This document shows positions 62,930 to 64,000 of a DNA stretch of 64,000 nt, piece after piece. The notes beneath the pieces are model-generated. The model saw nothing but the letters and a program-made list of their open reading frames with translations. It had not been told where the DNA came from and ran no database searches. Position 1 is the stretch's first letter. Every line of letters starts with the position of its first letter. A program made the position numbers and the translations under genes. This DNA is from Spirochaetia bacterium. GTDB lineage: Bacteria > Spirochaetota > Spirochaetia > SZUA-6 > Bin103. The stretch covers positions 64,001 to 128,000 of the forward strand of contig CBDBOV010000001.1 of assembly GCA_965208575.1 (NCBI GenBank), written 5' to 3'.

Positions 62930-64000
62930 CTACGACACCGCGTCGCAGTGTGCCAGCTCCCAGCCGTGGAAGACCAGCGCCAGCCCCGTGAACCGCACGC
63001 CCGGAAACTGCCGCGCCAGCCGCTCGTCCGCCAAGTAGCGCGCGAGTTGGGTGGTCGCGTCGCTCACCGCCGCCGCCACGGCGTCCCGGTCCGCCGACTC
63101 GCTGCGCTTCAGGTACTTCAGTTCTATCAGGTAGCCGTGCCGCAGGTGCGGGAAGCGCGCGAGCAACGGCTCCAGGCTGATGTCCGCGTGTCCCTTTCCC
63201 AGTTCCGCCTCCGACCGGAACACGTAGAAGTCGGTCACGCTCAGGTAGGCCGCCAGGAACCCTTGGATCACCTTCTCGCCGGCGATGTAATCGCGGATCC
63301 CGGTCTGCGCGGCGATCGCTTCGCCCAGGAATGCGAATGGCGGCCGCCACTCGCCCTGGTTGGCCATGCGCATCATGAGCTGCTCGAAACGGTACAGGTC
63401 GACCCTGAACACCGCCACGTCGCGATAGCCGTCGCGCAGGTAGCCGTACATCAACTGTTTCACTGTCTGGTTCGGGATCGCCAGCCGCGGCATTCCGTGC
63501 ACGACCTCGCGGATGCTCAGCAGCCCGAAGTAGTGCAGCAGCGACAGGAAGTTCTGCCGGTCGGTGAGCTGCTGCAACGGGAAGCCCGGCTGGATGCGCG
63601 GCAGGTCCTTCCGCCCCTCGCCTATGATCTCGCGCAGCAGGTCGAAGTTGCCGTTGAGCTGCCGCCCCACCACCAGCAGGTGGCGCAGCTTGCCGTAGTC
63701 GATGCGCACGTTGGTGTCGATCAGGTACCTCGGCACGTGCCGGTTCGGCATCGACTCGTCCAGGTAGTAGAGCACCATGTCGGAGTTGTAGAGATCGTGC
63801 TCGGCCTCCTCGGCGAACCGGTAGCCGTTGTACCACTCGCCCATCAGGGCCATGGCTTCATCCACGTCCTGGTCGAACAGGCCGCGGTCCCGGTAGAGCT
63901 CCACCAGGCGCCGCACCTCCGCCTCCGTGAAGCCGACCATCTCGTTGAAGTCGGGGTGCAGGCTGATGTTCTTGCCGATGTTGAACCCGCTGGTGACGTC
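62930..64000 (-). CDS. AAA-ATPase-like + PD-(D/E)XK nuclease (PDDEXK_9) protein, 5' truncated by window end
   Basis: VTSGFNI, MVGFTE.EV, WYNGY.F, IPN, GHADI, IELKY. Confidence 0.88.
   Translation of the reverse strand, partial: DVTSGFNIGKNISLHPDFNEMVGFTEAEVRRLVELYRDRGLFDQDVDEAMALMGEWYNGYRFAEEAEHDLYNSDMVLYYLDESMPNRHVPRYLIDTNVRIDYGKLRHLLVVGRQLNGNFDLLREIIGEGRKDLPRIQPGFPLQQLTDRQNFLSLLHYFGLLSIREVVHGMPRLAIPNQTVKQLMYGYLRDGYRDVAVFRVDLYRFEQLMMRMANQGEWRPPFAFLGEAIAAQTGIRDYIAGEKVIQGFLAAYLSVTDFYVFRSEAELGKGHADISLEPLLARFPHLRHGYLIELKYLKRSESADRDAVAAAVSDATTQLARYLADERLARQFPGVRFTGLALVFHGWELAHCDAVS

Overview
A GC-rich (roughly 70%, estimated by eye) bacterial chromosomal window, most likely from a Spirochaetota (Spirochaetaceae-like) genome. 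This rests on the spirochaete-style Lgt and SSB N-termini and an Msp-like outer-membrane protein. PhyH, GH29, arylsulfotransferases with Calx-beta/cadherin-like domains, TA pairs and DUF4143 ATPases suggest a marine invertebrate (sponge-type) symbiont, which is an inference. The first 15 kb holds sugar and redox catabolic genes, a PIN TA pair, an ATP-dependent DNA ligase, a YegD-like Hsp70 and a CofE/FolC2-like ligase. The 17-46 kb stretch is mostly core genome: hppA, a pspA module with an HTH-less sigma54 activator, rsmE, a C-terminal protease, lgt, tRNA-Val(CAC), PPi-type PFK, nth, apgM, ilvE, the Msp-like protein and ssb. Inserted elements are two lower-GC ABC-ATPase + Toprim-like pairs (at 15-17 kb, broken by a single TGA, and at 30.6-32.5 kb) and a DUF222-like/HNH gene with 81-bp repeats. 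The 46-64 kb stretch is accessory: two adhesin-domain-fused arylsulfotransferases, a papain-like protease, a PIG-B/ALG9-like mannosyltransferase with a 13x15-bp repeat, HigBA, and a mosaic of gene fragments. No CRISPR array, rRNA, reverse transcriptase or intact transposase/integrase was seen. All family assignments come from motif recognition by eye, not database searches.
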